In this document: positions 9,003 to 17,905 of the stretch, in pieces | Numbering within the stretch: the first letter of the stretch is position 1 | Layout of the letters: every line of letters starts with the position of its first letter | Source of the DNA: a virus | Lineage: Duplodnaviria > Caudoviricetes | DNA: 49,840 nt | Strand: one strand, 5' to 3' | IMG/VR virus record: IMGVR_UViG_3300023283_000126 | Coordinates: 1 to 49,840 of that record | The notes under the pieces: model-generated | Databases searched by the model: none | The model's input: only the letters and a program-made list of their open reading frames with translations | What the model was told of the DNA's origin: nothing | Translations under genes and position numbers: made by a program

Positions 9003-10553
9003 CTATCCTCCGGCTTCGTAGAACGGGGCCATGTATGTCATCGTCTGGTTGGCGACGACAATAGCCCGGCGCCGCGCCCGCGTCAAGGCCACATATGCGA
9101 GGCGGATCTCAGAAAATGAGCCTCCGTGGTGCGAGCGCAGGGCGGTTTCGGTGCAGTCCGTCTCGATGACCACGTAGTCGGCCTCGCGGCCCTTGGCACC
9201 GTGCATCGTGGAAAGCGCAATGCGGGGCTCGGCTCCGAGCACCTCGGGGCCGTGAAGGTCGATCATGTCGTCGAGGATGGCCGCACTCCGCATCCCGACC
9301 TCGGTGTCGAAGTAGTCCGGCCACCGGCCCTTGAGGTCGACGGTGCCCGAAACGTCGTCGGGGCTCACGGTCTTCTGGCCGCCCTTGAGCAGGGCCTTGG
9401 CCTCGTCCTTGAAGCCGAACTCGGTCAGCATGGCCTTGGCCTCGGCCTTCTCAACGTCCCTGCCGGCGCGCAGGGCGAGGAAGGCGCGCACCGCCCGCGC
9501 CATCGGGCTCGTGGTGAGCGAGAAGCCCTTGACGGAGTGCGGGACGCGGTTGCGGTTAAGCTCGCTATGGACCGCGCGAAGCTGGTAGCGGTGCCGCGTC
9601 AGGTACATGACGCTGCCGCTCGACGACATATCGACCAGTTGCCCGCCGCTCGGGTGGAAGCCGATGTCGCGGACGTCGCCGGGGGCGTCGCGCCATGTGA
9701 CGTGCTTGTGCTTGCGCCGGGGCACCTGCCGGATGATGTCGGTGGCGCGCTCGCCCACGGCGCGCGGGCAGCGGTAGCTATGGTCGAGGACGGTCTCGTG
9801 CGAGCAGTCGTGGTCGAGGAAGCCGTACTCCTCGGCACCGATGAAGCCATAGATCGACTGGTCGTCGTCGCCGGCGATGTAGACGCGCTTGGCGGCGGCG
9901 CCGATCCGGTGAACGGCCTCCCATTGCAGGGCGGACAAGTCCTGGGCCTCGTCGATGAAGAGCACGTCGATGGGCGCCGGCTGCCAGTTGTCGGCCTTGA
10001 CGTACATCTCGATCATGTCCTCGTAGTCCAGGCGCCCGGTCTCGGCCTTGATCTGCCGGTAGACGCCGAGAAAGTCCTCCATGGTCGAGACGTCGAAGTT
10101 GGGGTAGAAGCCGACCATCTCCTCGACGACGTCGATCAGCGGGACCATCCGGTGCGAGGCCAGGGACATGGCAAAAAGGAAGGTGTCGGCCTGAAGCCGT
10201 CCGTCCTCGGGCAGGTCCTCGACGTCCTCAACCGAGAACTGGCGCCGGACGGAGAAGCCTTCGGCCTCGAGACGGCTGATCTCGGCTCTGCCCAGAATGT
10301 CGTTCGGGCCGATGCCGATCAGGCGGCAGCACGCCGAGTGGATCGTGCGGAACCACTCCGGCGAGCTACCGATCCTCTGCTTTACCTCATTCGCTGCCGC
10401 AGTGGTAAAGCTGACGTAGCCGATCCGTGACGGCGGCGTCCCGCTCTTGATCTCGGCCTTCAGGTGCTTGATGAGGGTTGAAGTTTTCCCACAGCCCGGA
10501 GGCCCATAGATTTTCTCCACATAGCCCGAGAACTTTGGCTTGATCTGTGGCAA
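9003..10553 (-). CDS. UvrD/Rep-like SF1A helicase
   Basis: GPPGCGKT, FRTIHS, IDEAQDLS, GDDDQSIY, SYRCP, STMHGAKGRE, YVALTRAR; TTG start at 10553 inferred from RBS. Confidence 0.9.
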   Translation of the reverse strand: MPQIKPKFSGYVEKIYGPPGCGKTSTLIKHLKAEIKSGTPPSRIGYVSFTTAAANEVKQRIGSSPEWFRTIHSACCRLIGIGPNDILGRAEISRLEAEGFSVRRQFSVEDVEDLPEDGRLQADTFLFAMSLASHRMVPLIDVVEEMVGFYPNFDVSTMEDFLGVYRQIKAETGRLDYEDMIEMYVKADNWQPAPIDVLFIDEAQDLSALQWEAVHRIGAAAKRVYIAGDDDQSIYGFIGAEEYGFLDHDCSHETVLDHSYRCPRAVGERATDIIRQVPRRKHKHVTWRDAPGDVRDIGFHPSGGQLVDMSSSGSVMYLTRHRYQLRAVHSELNRNRVPHSVKGFSLTTSPMARAVRAFLALRAGRDVEKAEAKAMLTEFGFKDEAKALLKGGQKTVSPDDVSGTVDLKGRWPDYFDTEVGMRSAAILDDMIDLHGPEVLGAEPRIALSTMHGAKGREADYVVIETDCTETALRSHHGGSFSEIRLAYVALTRARRRAIVVANQTMTYMAPFYEAGG

Positions 10554-10797
10554 TCCTTTTCTCCCTCTTCTCCATGACGGGCTCCATTTTCTCGGTGCCA
10601 CCGGACGTCTTTGGGATGCTTCCGTGCAGCCAGAAATCGTCGACCACGAAGAACTCCTCTTGGCCCTCTTTGGTGTAGGGGCAGGGTGGCATGATCCCCT
10701 GGATCTGCTCTTTGTCGTTGACGAAGACCCGGCCCTTGTAGCCGCACGCCTCCTCGTCGTCCTTGAGTATGCCGCACAGGGGACACGCTTTTCTCAT
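10387..10797 (-). CDS. Small Cys-containing hypothetical protein
   Basis: MRKACPLCG start coupled to the primase stop; 3' end overlaps the helicase by ~165 nt, so the extent is uncertain. Confidence 0.45.
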   Translation of the reverse strand: MRKACPLCGILKDDEEACGYKGRVFVNDKEQIQGIMPPCPYTKEGQEEFFVVDDFWLHGSIPKTSGGTEKMEPVMEKREKRIATDQAKVLGLCGENLWASGLWENFNPHQAPEGRDQERDAAVTDRLRQLYHCGSE

Positions 10798-12356
10798 AGC
10801 TTCCATTCCTTCCTGTCTGGCGTCCTGAACCATGGATCGGGGCAATCAACGCTCAGTAGTGTCGTCTCGCGGCCGCCTACGTTGACCCTGTCTTCTTCGC
10901 ATCCTAGCGATTGCAGAAGCTCGGTCAACTCCGATTTTGCGATGGTCCGGCCCTTTTTTCTCAACACGTCCAGAAAGTCCTTGATGCGGAAGTAGATCTT
11001 GCCGCCGACGAACGCCGGGACGCCGTTGAGGACGCGCTCGATCTTGGTGCTCGTCGGGCAATGCTGCGCGGTCCAGTCCTCGAAGTCCGTCTGGACCAAG
11101 GACACGAGCCCCGAGACCTCGTAGCTCTTACGGATCTCGCAGTTGTCCTGCATCATCTCATTGACGATCTCCTGCCACTCGTCTGCCTTCGGCATCCGCA
11201 GGACTATGTTGAGGTGCTTCCCGATCTTGTTGCGGAACTTGATCGGCGAAACCAGTTCCTCGAACTCCATGGTGAGGCTCTGGCCGCGCACGGTCACAAC
11301 ATAGTACGGCTCGTCGCTCTGGACCCAGACCAACCGGTCGATTGGGTTGAGGGTGGTGCCGGTGTTCTTGCCGATGCCGAACTGCCGCGTGAGGCACGTC
11401 TTCTTGTCGCAAATGCCGCACATCGGCTGTTGCTCGCAAAGGTATTGCGCGTTGCTTCGGCCCACGCTGCGTATGGTGTCCTCAACCTCCTTGAACGACA
11501 CGGGGTCGTCGAACACCTCGCCGCCGGCGTTGAGTTGCCGCACGGCGTTCCCCCAGTCGTCGCTTCCCTTTTTCTTGTGGAAGACGGCGAACTGGTACAG
11601 GGCGTTGTTGCGGCCGCCCGACCGGACCCCGTCCGTGACCATCGTCTGCACGCACGGCGGCGCCTGCGCGTAGTCCTTGGGCACCGGCTTGCCGCCCGCC
11701 TCGAGCGGCGCAATCTCGTCGGGTTCCTTGCCGACGTGCTCAAGATCAGCAGGGTCGATCTCGCGGGCGCGGACCATGTTGAGGAAGCCGTCGAGCCCGG
11801 TCGTCTTGCCGTCCGAGGCGTAGGCCACGCGGTTGTCGACCGGGTTCTCGCCGCCGAAGTACGGCAGGTTGATCCATGAGCCGACGTCCATGTCCCGTAC
11901 GTTGTTCTGCTTGGGGAACATCTCGACCTTGCGGTCCTTGGCGCCGAAGCCGAGCAGCTTTTTCCAGCGCACCATGTACTCGACGGCCGCGCTGGCGTCC
12001 ATGGGCTGCGTCAGGAAGCAGTATAGGTGAGCGCCACCGGACTTCGTGCGGACGACGACGAGCGGTAGCTCGAGCTTCTGCACGCGGCTCTCAAGCGCCT
12101 CATGGAGGCCGCTGTCGACGTCGTACTTGTCGACGTCCAGGGCGAAGAACATCACCGTCCCGTCCGAGCGGACAGGGACCAGCCCCAGGCCGACCTCGCC
12201 GCGCAGGTGCGCCTTATACTGCTCTTGCGTCAAGGGCTCGCGGACGGTTTTGCCCTGCCCCTCGACCTTGTCGCCGCCCAGGCGGAAAGCCTTCGGCAGG
12301 CGATACTGGCCATAGGCGTCCTCGCGGCCCTGGAAGATTTCGTGGAATTGCCTCAT
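10794..12356 (-). CDS. Archaeo-eukaryotic-type primase (AEP) with PriCT-like and Cys-cluster domains
   Basis: FALDVD, RTKSGGAHLY, INLPYFG, PPC...GGRNNALY, CEQQPMCGICDKKTC. Confidence 0.85.
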   Translation of the reverse strand: MRQFHEIFQGREDAYGQYRLPKAFRLGGDKVEGQGKTVREPLTQEQYKAHLRGEVGLGLVPVRSDGTVMFFALDVDKYDVDSGLHEALESRVQKLELPLVVVRTKSGGAHLYCFLTQPMDASAAVEYMVRWKKLLGFGAKDRKVEMFPKQNNVRDMDVGSWINLPYFGGENPVDNRVAYASDGKTTGLDGFLNMVRAREIDPADLEHVGKEPDEIAPLEAGGKPVPKDYAQAPPCVQTMVTDGVRSGGRNNALYQFAVFHKKKGSDDWGNAVRQLNAGGEVFDDPVSFKEVEDTIRSVGRSNAQYLCEQQPMCGICDKKTCLTRQFGIGKNTGTTLNPIDRLVWVQSDEPYYVVTVRGQSLTMEFEELVSPIKFRNKIGKHLNIVLRMPKADEWQEIVNEMMQDNCEIRKSYEVSGLVSLVQTDFEDWTAQHCPTSTKIERVLNGVPAFVGGKIYFRIKDFLDVLRKKGRTIAKSELTELLQSLGCEEDRVNVGGRETTLLSVDCPDPWFRTPDRKEWKL

Positions 12357-12371
12357 ACCCCGCGCCTCCTA

Positions 12372-12398
12372 GAAAAGCGTGGGGGCCGAAGCCCCCAC
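12372..12398 (-). terminator. Probable intrinsic terminator after the SSB gene
   Basis: GTGGGGGC-TTCG-GCCCCCAC followed by GCTTTTCT. Confidence 0.7.
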
Positions 12399-12418
12399 GA
12401 AGTTGCCCGGAGTGCGGC

Positions 12419-13264
12419 CTAGAACGCGTCCGAGCCGCCCTCCTGAGGCGCGGAGGAAGAGGGGGCATCCTCGTCGCTCTGGTCGACGGTGAAGCCGATC
12501 TTGCCGAACTCCTCGAACATCTCACGGGTCCGTGCGAACGTCTCCTCGTCGACGAAGCCGTTGTTGTTGAACGAGTAGTTCTTGAACTGGTAGTCGCCAC
12601 CGACGTCGTCGGCACTCTTCACGGTCATCTGCCGAGCGAAGATCGGGGCCTTGCCCATGCGGAGCATGGCGTTCAGGTCCTTGGCCCGCTTGGCCGCCGA
12701 GCGCGAGAGCGAGAGTGCGGCGACCATGTCGAAGTCCGGCAGGTAGACGATATAGTTGTAGTGCTTGGTCGCGGCGATCTTGCTGTCGGGGTCGGCGGGG
12801 TTCTCCGAGCCCCACTCGCCGAGGCCGTCATCTTCGACCGTCTCGCCGGTGGTCCACTTGACCTTCATGACGCCGCGCAGCTTGTGCTCGAAGGTCTCGC
12901 CGGGCTTGTCCCAGAAGTGCTTGCCCTGGTTGCCGACGCGCCGCGCGCGGGCGAAGATGCCGCCGCCGTCGTTCTGGTCGCGCCACAAGATGTACTCGGT
13001 CCCGAACGCGACCGGGATGAAGTTGAGCGTGGCCCCAGGTTCGGCAAGCACGCGGCCATCGACGTTGAGGAAGAGCGCGCCTTCGGCCACCCGGCCCTCC
13101 TTGACCTCGGGGCTCATGCTCTGCGCGAGCTTGATCCTCGGGATCGTGACGTCGTCGGCGGCGATGTTCTCCGTGCCCAGGGCGCCCTCGTACTCGCGAA
13201 GGTACGCGGGAAGGGCGCCGGCCTCGACCGTGGCGACTTCCTGCTTGTTGGATGCTTTGCTCAT
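12419..13264 (-). CDS. Putative single-stranded DNA-binding protein
   Basis: IPRIKLAQSMSPEV N-terminus, acidic C-terminal tail ending in Phe (GGSDAF), position next to primase. Confidence 0.6.
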   Translation of the reverse strand: MSKASNKQEVATVEAGALPAYLREYEGALGTENIAADDVTIPRIKLAQSMSPEVKEGRVAEGALFLNVDGRVLAEPGATLNFIPVAFGTEYILWRDQNDGGGIFARARRVGNQGKHFWDKPGETFEHKLRGVMKVKWTTGETVEDDGLGEWGSENPADPDSKIAATKHYNYIVYLPDFDMVAALSLSRSAAKRAKDLNAMLRMGKAPIFARQMTVKSADDVGGDYQFKNYSFNNNGFVDEETFARTREMFEEFGKIGFTVDQSDEDAPSSSAPQEGGSDAF

Positions 13265-13294
13265 GTGCAGACCCTCCGGCTATGTGGTGAGGCG

Positions 13295-13323
13295 AACCTA
13301 CGGCCGCTGCGGCCCCCTGTCAA
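13295..13323 (-). promoter_or_regulatory. Sigma70-type promoter for SSB
   Basis: TTGACA-17bp-TAGGTT. Confidence 0.6.
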
Positions 13324-13760
13324 GACTTTTTGCGGGCAGGGGTGAAGTGCGCCACGTTCCGAACCGTAACCTTGCAAACGTCCTCGGGCGGCAGCGGCCG
13401 GCCGTTCTCCATCCGCTCATTGATGGTCGCGGCGAGTGTCTTGGGGTGGACGCCTTCGGTGACGATCTCGCCCATGCCGTTGTTGCGGAGCCAGTCGTGG
13501 AAATCCTCGCGCTTCGCCGCCGGCACATGGGGCATGACGCGCGTCTTGAGGGATACGGTGCCCAGGCCGTCGAACGGAACCTTCTGGTCGAGGTCGTCGC
13601 CCATCTGTTCGAACCGCTCGGGGATCTCGCCGAACTCGAGACGCTGGATCTCCTTATTGGTGTCCGTCAACTCGGCCTCGAGCTTCTTCTTGTGCCTCTT
13701 CAGGTAGTCGAGGTCTGTGACCAAGTCGCGCAGGGTCCGGCCAGACTGCGATTTCGACAT
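13320..13760 (-). CDS. Conserved phage replication-module protein
   Basis: N-terminal coiled coil plus FHDWLRNNGMGEIV...VHPKTL pattern, typically found beside this SSB type; start 13760 with AGGAG RBS. Confidence 0.65.
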   Translation of the reverse strand: MSKSQSGRTLRDLVTDLDYLKRHKKKLEAELTDTNKEIQRLEFGEIPERFEQMGDDLDQKVPFDGLGTVSLKTRVMPHVPAAKREDFHDWLRNNGMGEIVTEGVHPKTLAATINERMENGRPLPPEDVCKVTVRNVAHFTPARKKS

Positions 13761-13774
13761 GCTGCGTCTCCTTT

Positions 13775-15604
13775 CTAGATCCATTCCCGGAAGCCGTCCT
13801 TCATGACGACGTCGGAAACCGACCGGTTGTTCCTCAGGGTGGTGATGATCTTGTTGTCGAGACTGCCCTCGCACACGATGTCGTGGTAGGTGACGGACTG
13901 CGTAGTGCCGATCCGGTGGCACCGGTCCTCTGACTGCACGCGGTCCTCTGTCGAGAAGTCCTGCGAAACGTAGACCACCACGGTTCCCTTGTAAAGGTTG
14001 AGCCCGGTGCCGCCGGCTTTCGGGTTGCCCAGGAACACCTTGGCTTCGCCGCGCTGGAAAGCCTCACGGGCCTTGACCCTGTCGCCATCCGAGACGCCGC
14101 CGTGGAACTGGACGAACGAGATGCCGTTGCGCTCGAGCAGCTTGGCCAGGGCGGCGATCTCCTCGCGGAAGCGCGCCCAGACCACGACGCTCTGCTCACC
14201 CGCGTCCTCGATGATCTCGATGGCCCGCGAGAGCTTCGGGTTCTTGTGCGGCGGGACAAGCTCGACGGTGCCCACGACCTTGCCCTCCCCGTCAAGCTCC
14301 GGCAGGTAGCCGCCGACGATCTGCTGTAGCCGGATAAGCTGGGTGATGACGAAGGGGCAGTCGTAAACCTTGGCCTTCTCGTCGGCCTCCTCGATCTTCA
14401 CAGCGTTCATCTTTTCGTCCAGGGCGAGCAGGGCATGTTTCCTCATCTGCTCGTAAGCCTTCTTCTGAACCTGCGCCATTGGCACGCTGTGGCGCATGAA
14501 CACCTTGGCCGGCAGGTCGAGGCACTGCTCTTTCGTGACGCGGTACGAGATGCCGTCGATGATCTCCGATAGCTCGGGGAGGTTCTTGTAGGCCACCACC
14601 TGCTTGGTGGTGTAGCTGCTGATGATCGCGAAGCGGTTGCGGAACGCGTAGTACGAGGCCCAGGGCAAGATGTCCGGGTCGAGGAAATTCATCTGCGACC
14701 ACGCGTCGAGCGGGCTCTTGAGGAGCGGTGTGCCGCTCAGGATGCGCGCCATGGGGCACAGGGCGCGAAGCTGCTGGGCGCTCTCGGTTCGGATGCTGCC
14801 CTGCGACTTGATGCGCGTGCTCTCGTCCACGACGACCATGAAGCGCCGGGCCTCGGCGATCTCTTTGGCCGCGTTGAGCGCGTCGTCGGTGGATAAGCCC
14901 TCAATGTTGAAGGCGGCGACGTGGAACATGCCATTGCCGCGATCCGAGGAGACGAGTTCCATGAACCTCTTCCACTCGCTCGACTGCTTGGCGCGGCGGC
15001 CGGAGGGCGCGACCCAAACGGCCTTGTTGAGGGGTAGGGTGTCCGAGATGAATTTTCCGATCTCGTCCTGATGCTCGCGGCCGGCGCCGCCGACCCAGTT
15101 CGTCTTCACGGCGTTCGGGGCGAGGATGATCATGCCCTCGATCTTGCCGTCCATGAACGCCCACAGCGCGTCAGCGATCACCGTGGCCGTCTTGCCCGTG
15201 CCCTGGTCCATGAAGTAGCCGAAGGCATACGCGCCAGCGGCGAGCGTGGCGCCCACCTGTTGGTGGGGCTTGAGGGGCAGAGCGAGGGGGAGCTTGTTGA
15301 GGGTGCGCGTGTCCGGCTCGACCCCGGCCGCCTTGCGGGCGCGGATCTTCTTCTGCTGCTCGAGCCTCCAATAGCACTCGGCGCGCATTTCGGCCGCCCC
15401 ATCGTCGAACTGCAAGCGGTCGCCGAACAGCTCGTCCAGAGCCTTGAAGTTGGCGAGGATCGGGGCCGCGCTCCACTTCTTCTCGCGCTTCATGAAGCGG
15501 CGCTCGGGCAGCGTCTTCACGCGCTCGACGTCCGCCGCGTTGTAAGGGAACGCGATGCGGAGGCGGTGCCCGTCGGTCGAGACGATGATAGCCGGTGTGC
15601 CCAT
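13775..15604 (-). CDS. SNF2-family SF2 helicase with HARP-like N-terminus
   Basis: MDQGTGKT, VVDEST, LSGTP, QSEDRCHRIG. Confidence 0.92.
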   Translation of the reverse strand: MGTPAIIVSTDGHRLRIAFPYNAADVERVKTLPERRFMKREKKWSAAPILANFKALDELFGDRLQFDDGAAEMRAECYWRLEQQKKIRARKAAGVEPDTRTLNKLPLALPLKPHQQVGATLAAGAYAFGYFMDQGTGKTATVIADALWAFMDGKIEGMIILAPNAVKTNWVGGAGREHQDEIGKFISDTLPLNKAVWVAPSGRRAKQSSEWKRFMELVSSDRGNGMFHVAAFNIEGLSTDDALNAAKEIAEARRFMVVVDESTRIKSQGSIRTESAQQLRALCPMARILSGTPLLKSPLDAWSQMNFLDPDILPWASYYAFRNRFAIISSYTTKQVVAYKNLPELSEIIDGISYRVTKEQCLDLPAKVFMRHSVPMAQVQKKAYEQMRKHALLALDEKMNAVKIEEADEKAKVYDCPFVITQLIRLQQIVGGYLPELDGEGKVVGTVELVPPHKNPKLSRAIEIIEDAGEQSVVVWARFREEIAALAKLLERNGISFVQFHGGVSDGDRVKAREAFQRGEAKVFLGNPKAGGTGLNLYKGTVVVYVSQDFSTEDRVQSEDRCHRIGTTQSVTYHDIVCEGSLDNKIITTLRNNRSVSDVVMKDGFREWI

Positions 15605-15632
15605 GTCAGTATCCCCTCTGGTGGTGGCAGGG

Positions 15633-15660
15633 ATCATACTCGACACAGGCCCGAAGTCAA
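15633..15660 (-). promoter_or_regulatory. Sigma70-type promoter heading the replication module
   Basis: TTGACT-16bp-TATGAT. Confidence 0.6.
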
Positions 15661-15788
15661 CCTCCCTCTCACGCGCGAGAGACGATTGCGCCAACTGCCC
15701 ACGCAGTTCTCGGCGAAGCTGATCGCGTACTGATTGGGGAAGACCCTGCTTATGAACCTATTCCGTCACAAAAAATGGGCGAAAAAAT

Positions 15789-15855
15789 GCGTTTTTGGGG
15801 GAGGGGCTGCTTGGCTAGTCCCCCCTTAAATTTCCCGCGCGTGATGCGCGCGCGT
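15789..15855. repeat. Duplicated hairpin element, copy A
   Basis: Near-identical to 43642-43708. Confidence 0.9.
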
Positions 15856-15874
15856 GGCAAGCCCTGCCACAATT

Positions 15875-16240
15875 TCAAGGGGTGTCGTCGTCGATTTTTC
15901 GCCCTTTGATGACCCTCACTGGTTGATTTGGGGCTTCACCGATTTCAGCCGTCTGCGCGGCCGAGGCCGGCATGACCCTGGTGGGGTAGCCGTAGCGGAT
16001 GCCGAGACCGACGAGGCCGATCATAACGGCCGCGATGAAGCCGAAGACGGCTCGCTCGACGATGACGTACCTCGACCGAGGCGCGAACCGCTTTTCCCCC
16101 TTCTCGAGCATGGCCGAGGGGAGTTCTGACACCTTGGCGTCGAGCGCCTTGTCGTTGGCATGGAGGACCGCGAGTTGCTCCATGACGCTGCCGACGCGCT
16201 CGTCGAGACGTGCGAGGATGACTTCTTGGCTTTCGTGCAT
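15875..16240 (-). CDS. Single-TM lysis-region protein (holin/antiholin-like)
   Basis: LARLDER coiled coil followed by a TM helix; downstream of endolysin. Confidence 0.55.
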   Translation of the reverse strand: MHESQEVILARLDERVGSVMEQLAVLHANDKALDAKVSELPSAMLEKGEKRFAPRSRYVIVERAVFGFIAAVMIGLVGLGIRYGYPTRVMPASAAQTAEIGEAPNQPVRVIKGRKIDDDTP

Positions 16241-16266
16241 ACCCACCTACCGCTATGAGGCAAAAA

Positions 16267-16779
16267 CTATACCAGTTTGGCGGCTCCCCTGCCAAACATG
16301 TCTGCCTCGGCTTTGCGGCGCCGGACGAGCCCGTCCAGCTTTTTGCCGCCTGCATAGACCCATCGCTTGAACTGCTCTGGGGCTCGTGCGTCCTCTTGCC
16401 GCAGCACAACCTTCCGCAGGGTGCTGCTCTTGAACGCGCCAAGCCCCAGGTTGAAGCAGAACGAAACCAGGGCGCCGAATTGTAGGGGGTGCAACCGGCG
16501 GTAGCCGACCAGCGGGATCAGTCCGCGCTCGAAGATGGCGAGGTCGGACAGGAACAGTTGCTCGACCTCGTCGGGCGTCAGCGCGAACTCAGGGTCCACG
16601 ATCTCGACCCTGCCATTGACGGCGCGGCAGCCGAACCGTTCGGCCTCGCCCGGCTTGATAAGGTGGCCCACGCCGATGGTCGCCAGCCGCACAGGGTCGT
16701 AGTACGGCTGGCGCCTCGACCCCTCGAAGTGGTGCATCATGTCCACCGCCTCGATGGGCGTCAGGATGTCCTGCGTCAT
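16267..16779 (-). CDS. Endolysin, GH24 lysozyme
   Basis: FEG...YYD...TIGVGH, QFGALVSFCFNLG, KSSTL, GLVRRRKAE. Confidence 0.95.
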   Translation of the reverse strand: MTQDILTPIEAVDMMHHFEGSRRQPYYDPVRLATIGVGHLIKPGEAERFGCRAVNGRVEIVDPEFALTPDEVEQLFLSDLAIFERGLIPLVGYRRLHPLQFGALVSFCFNLGLGAFKSSTLRKVVLRQEDARAPEQFKRWVYAGGKKLDGLVRRRKAEADMFGRGAAKLV

Positions 16780-17240
16780 TACAGGCTCCGCTTCTCGATC
16801 CTCCGGTGGGGGAACCAGAAGAACATGACGGAGGCGAACAGGAAGCGGGTGTGGTCATCCCAGATGGAGACGAACGCCAGCCCGATGTCCTGGGTATTGG
16901 AGTAGGTGTACGCCATGCGGTAGACGATGACGGAGCAGAACAGGGCGAAGAAGACCAGTGTGATCAGCGGACGGATCAGGCTGTTGAGCCCGTCGATCCA
17001 CTTGATGCCGCTCTTGGCCGACTGGTGCTTGTAGGCGCCTTCCAGGGCGACCTGCTCGATCTTCGCGTCCGCGATCTGAAGGCCGATCTCGGCTTGGAGC
17101 TTCGACGCCTCCATGTCGAGACGCCGAAGCTCGATCTCCTGCTGATGCTCCTGCCGGCTCTTAAAGTACTGGACGACTTCAGGGACGATGTTGCCCAGAA
17201 AGCCCGTCAGGCCACCTAGGAGAAGCTCCAAACCCATCAT
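16779..17240 (-). CDS. Holin (GTA-type 3TM-like)
   Basis: WIDGLNSLIRPLIT...FWFPHR pattern, TM helices, adjacent to lysozyme. Confidence 0.7.
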   Translation of the reverse strand: MMGLELLLGGLTGFLGNIVPEVVQYFKSRQEHQQEIELRRLDMEASKLQAEIGLQIADAKIEQVALEGAYKHQSAKSGIKWIDGLNSLIRPLITLVFFALFCSVIVYRMAYTYSNTQDIGLAFVSIWDDHTRFLFASVMFFWFPHRRIEKRSL

Positions 17241-17862
17241 CGACTTGACCCCTCGTATGGAATGTGTGGCGCTCTCCGCCGGCGCCAAGCCCTTTCTCGA
17301 TCCAGCGCGGCGGCAGCCAGCTTGTGTTAGCCGACTTCAAGGGCAAGACCAAGTATAGCTCCTGCGAGGCGGTCGGATCAAGCGTGACGGCAACCATAGC
17401 CCAGGGCGCCACGCCCTTGACATAGACCGTCTCGGTCCTCCACCGGACATAGCCGACAAAGTGCCGGCCTCTGACCCTGCCATTGCTCAGGCGCTCCTTG
17501 TACCTCGGCGGCGAGATGCACACGCCGGCGTCGATGGCCGCGTAGCGCAGGCTCGAGTGCTGGCCGGGGTTGTCGCTGTCGAGGAGGCGAAGCTCGCTCT
17601 CGGCGTACTCGAGGCCGTGGCACAGGGCGCTTTTGACCTCGATGAACATGCCGGGCAGCACGCCGTTGTCGGCCTCCTCTCGGGGCATACTCTCGGACGT
17701 CTGGTAGACGGTGTAGACCTTGCTGTTCTCGAAGGCCGAGGCGCGGGCAGTGCGGAGGTCGGCGTCGTAGCTGATCCCAAGGACGAGCAGGGCGGTGACG
17801 ACGATGGCGAACGCGGCGGCCGAGGCCAGGGCTCGCAGGGCGTTGTAGTTCTGTCGCGGCAT
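17179..17862 (-). CDS. Membrane-anchored hypothetical protein
   Basis: N-terminal TM/signal segment; GGAGG RBS. Confidence 0.55.
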   Translation of the reverse strand: MPRQNYNALRALASAAAFAIVVTALLVLGISYDADLRTARASAFENSKVYTVYQTSESMPREEADNGVLPGMFIEVKSALCHGLEYAESELRLLDSDNPGQHSSLRYAAIDAGVCISPPRYKERLSNGRVRGRHFVGYVRWRTETVYVKGVAPWAMVAVTLDPTASQELYLVLPLKSANTSWLPPRWIEKGLGAGGERHTFHTRGQVDDGFGASPRWPDGLSGQHRP

Positions 17863-17905
17863 GGGCTTTCCTCCTTCGCTATCCTGTATGGCACCCTAGC
17901 ACGGG

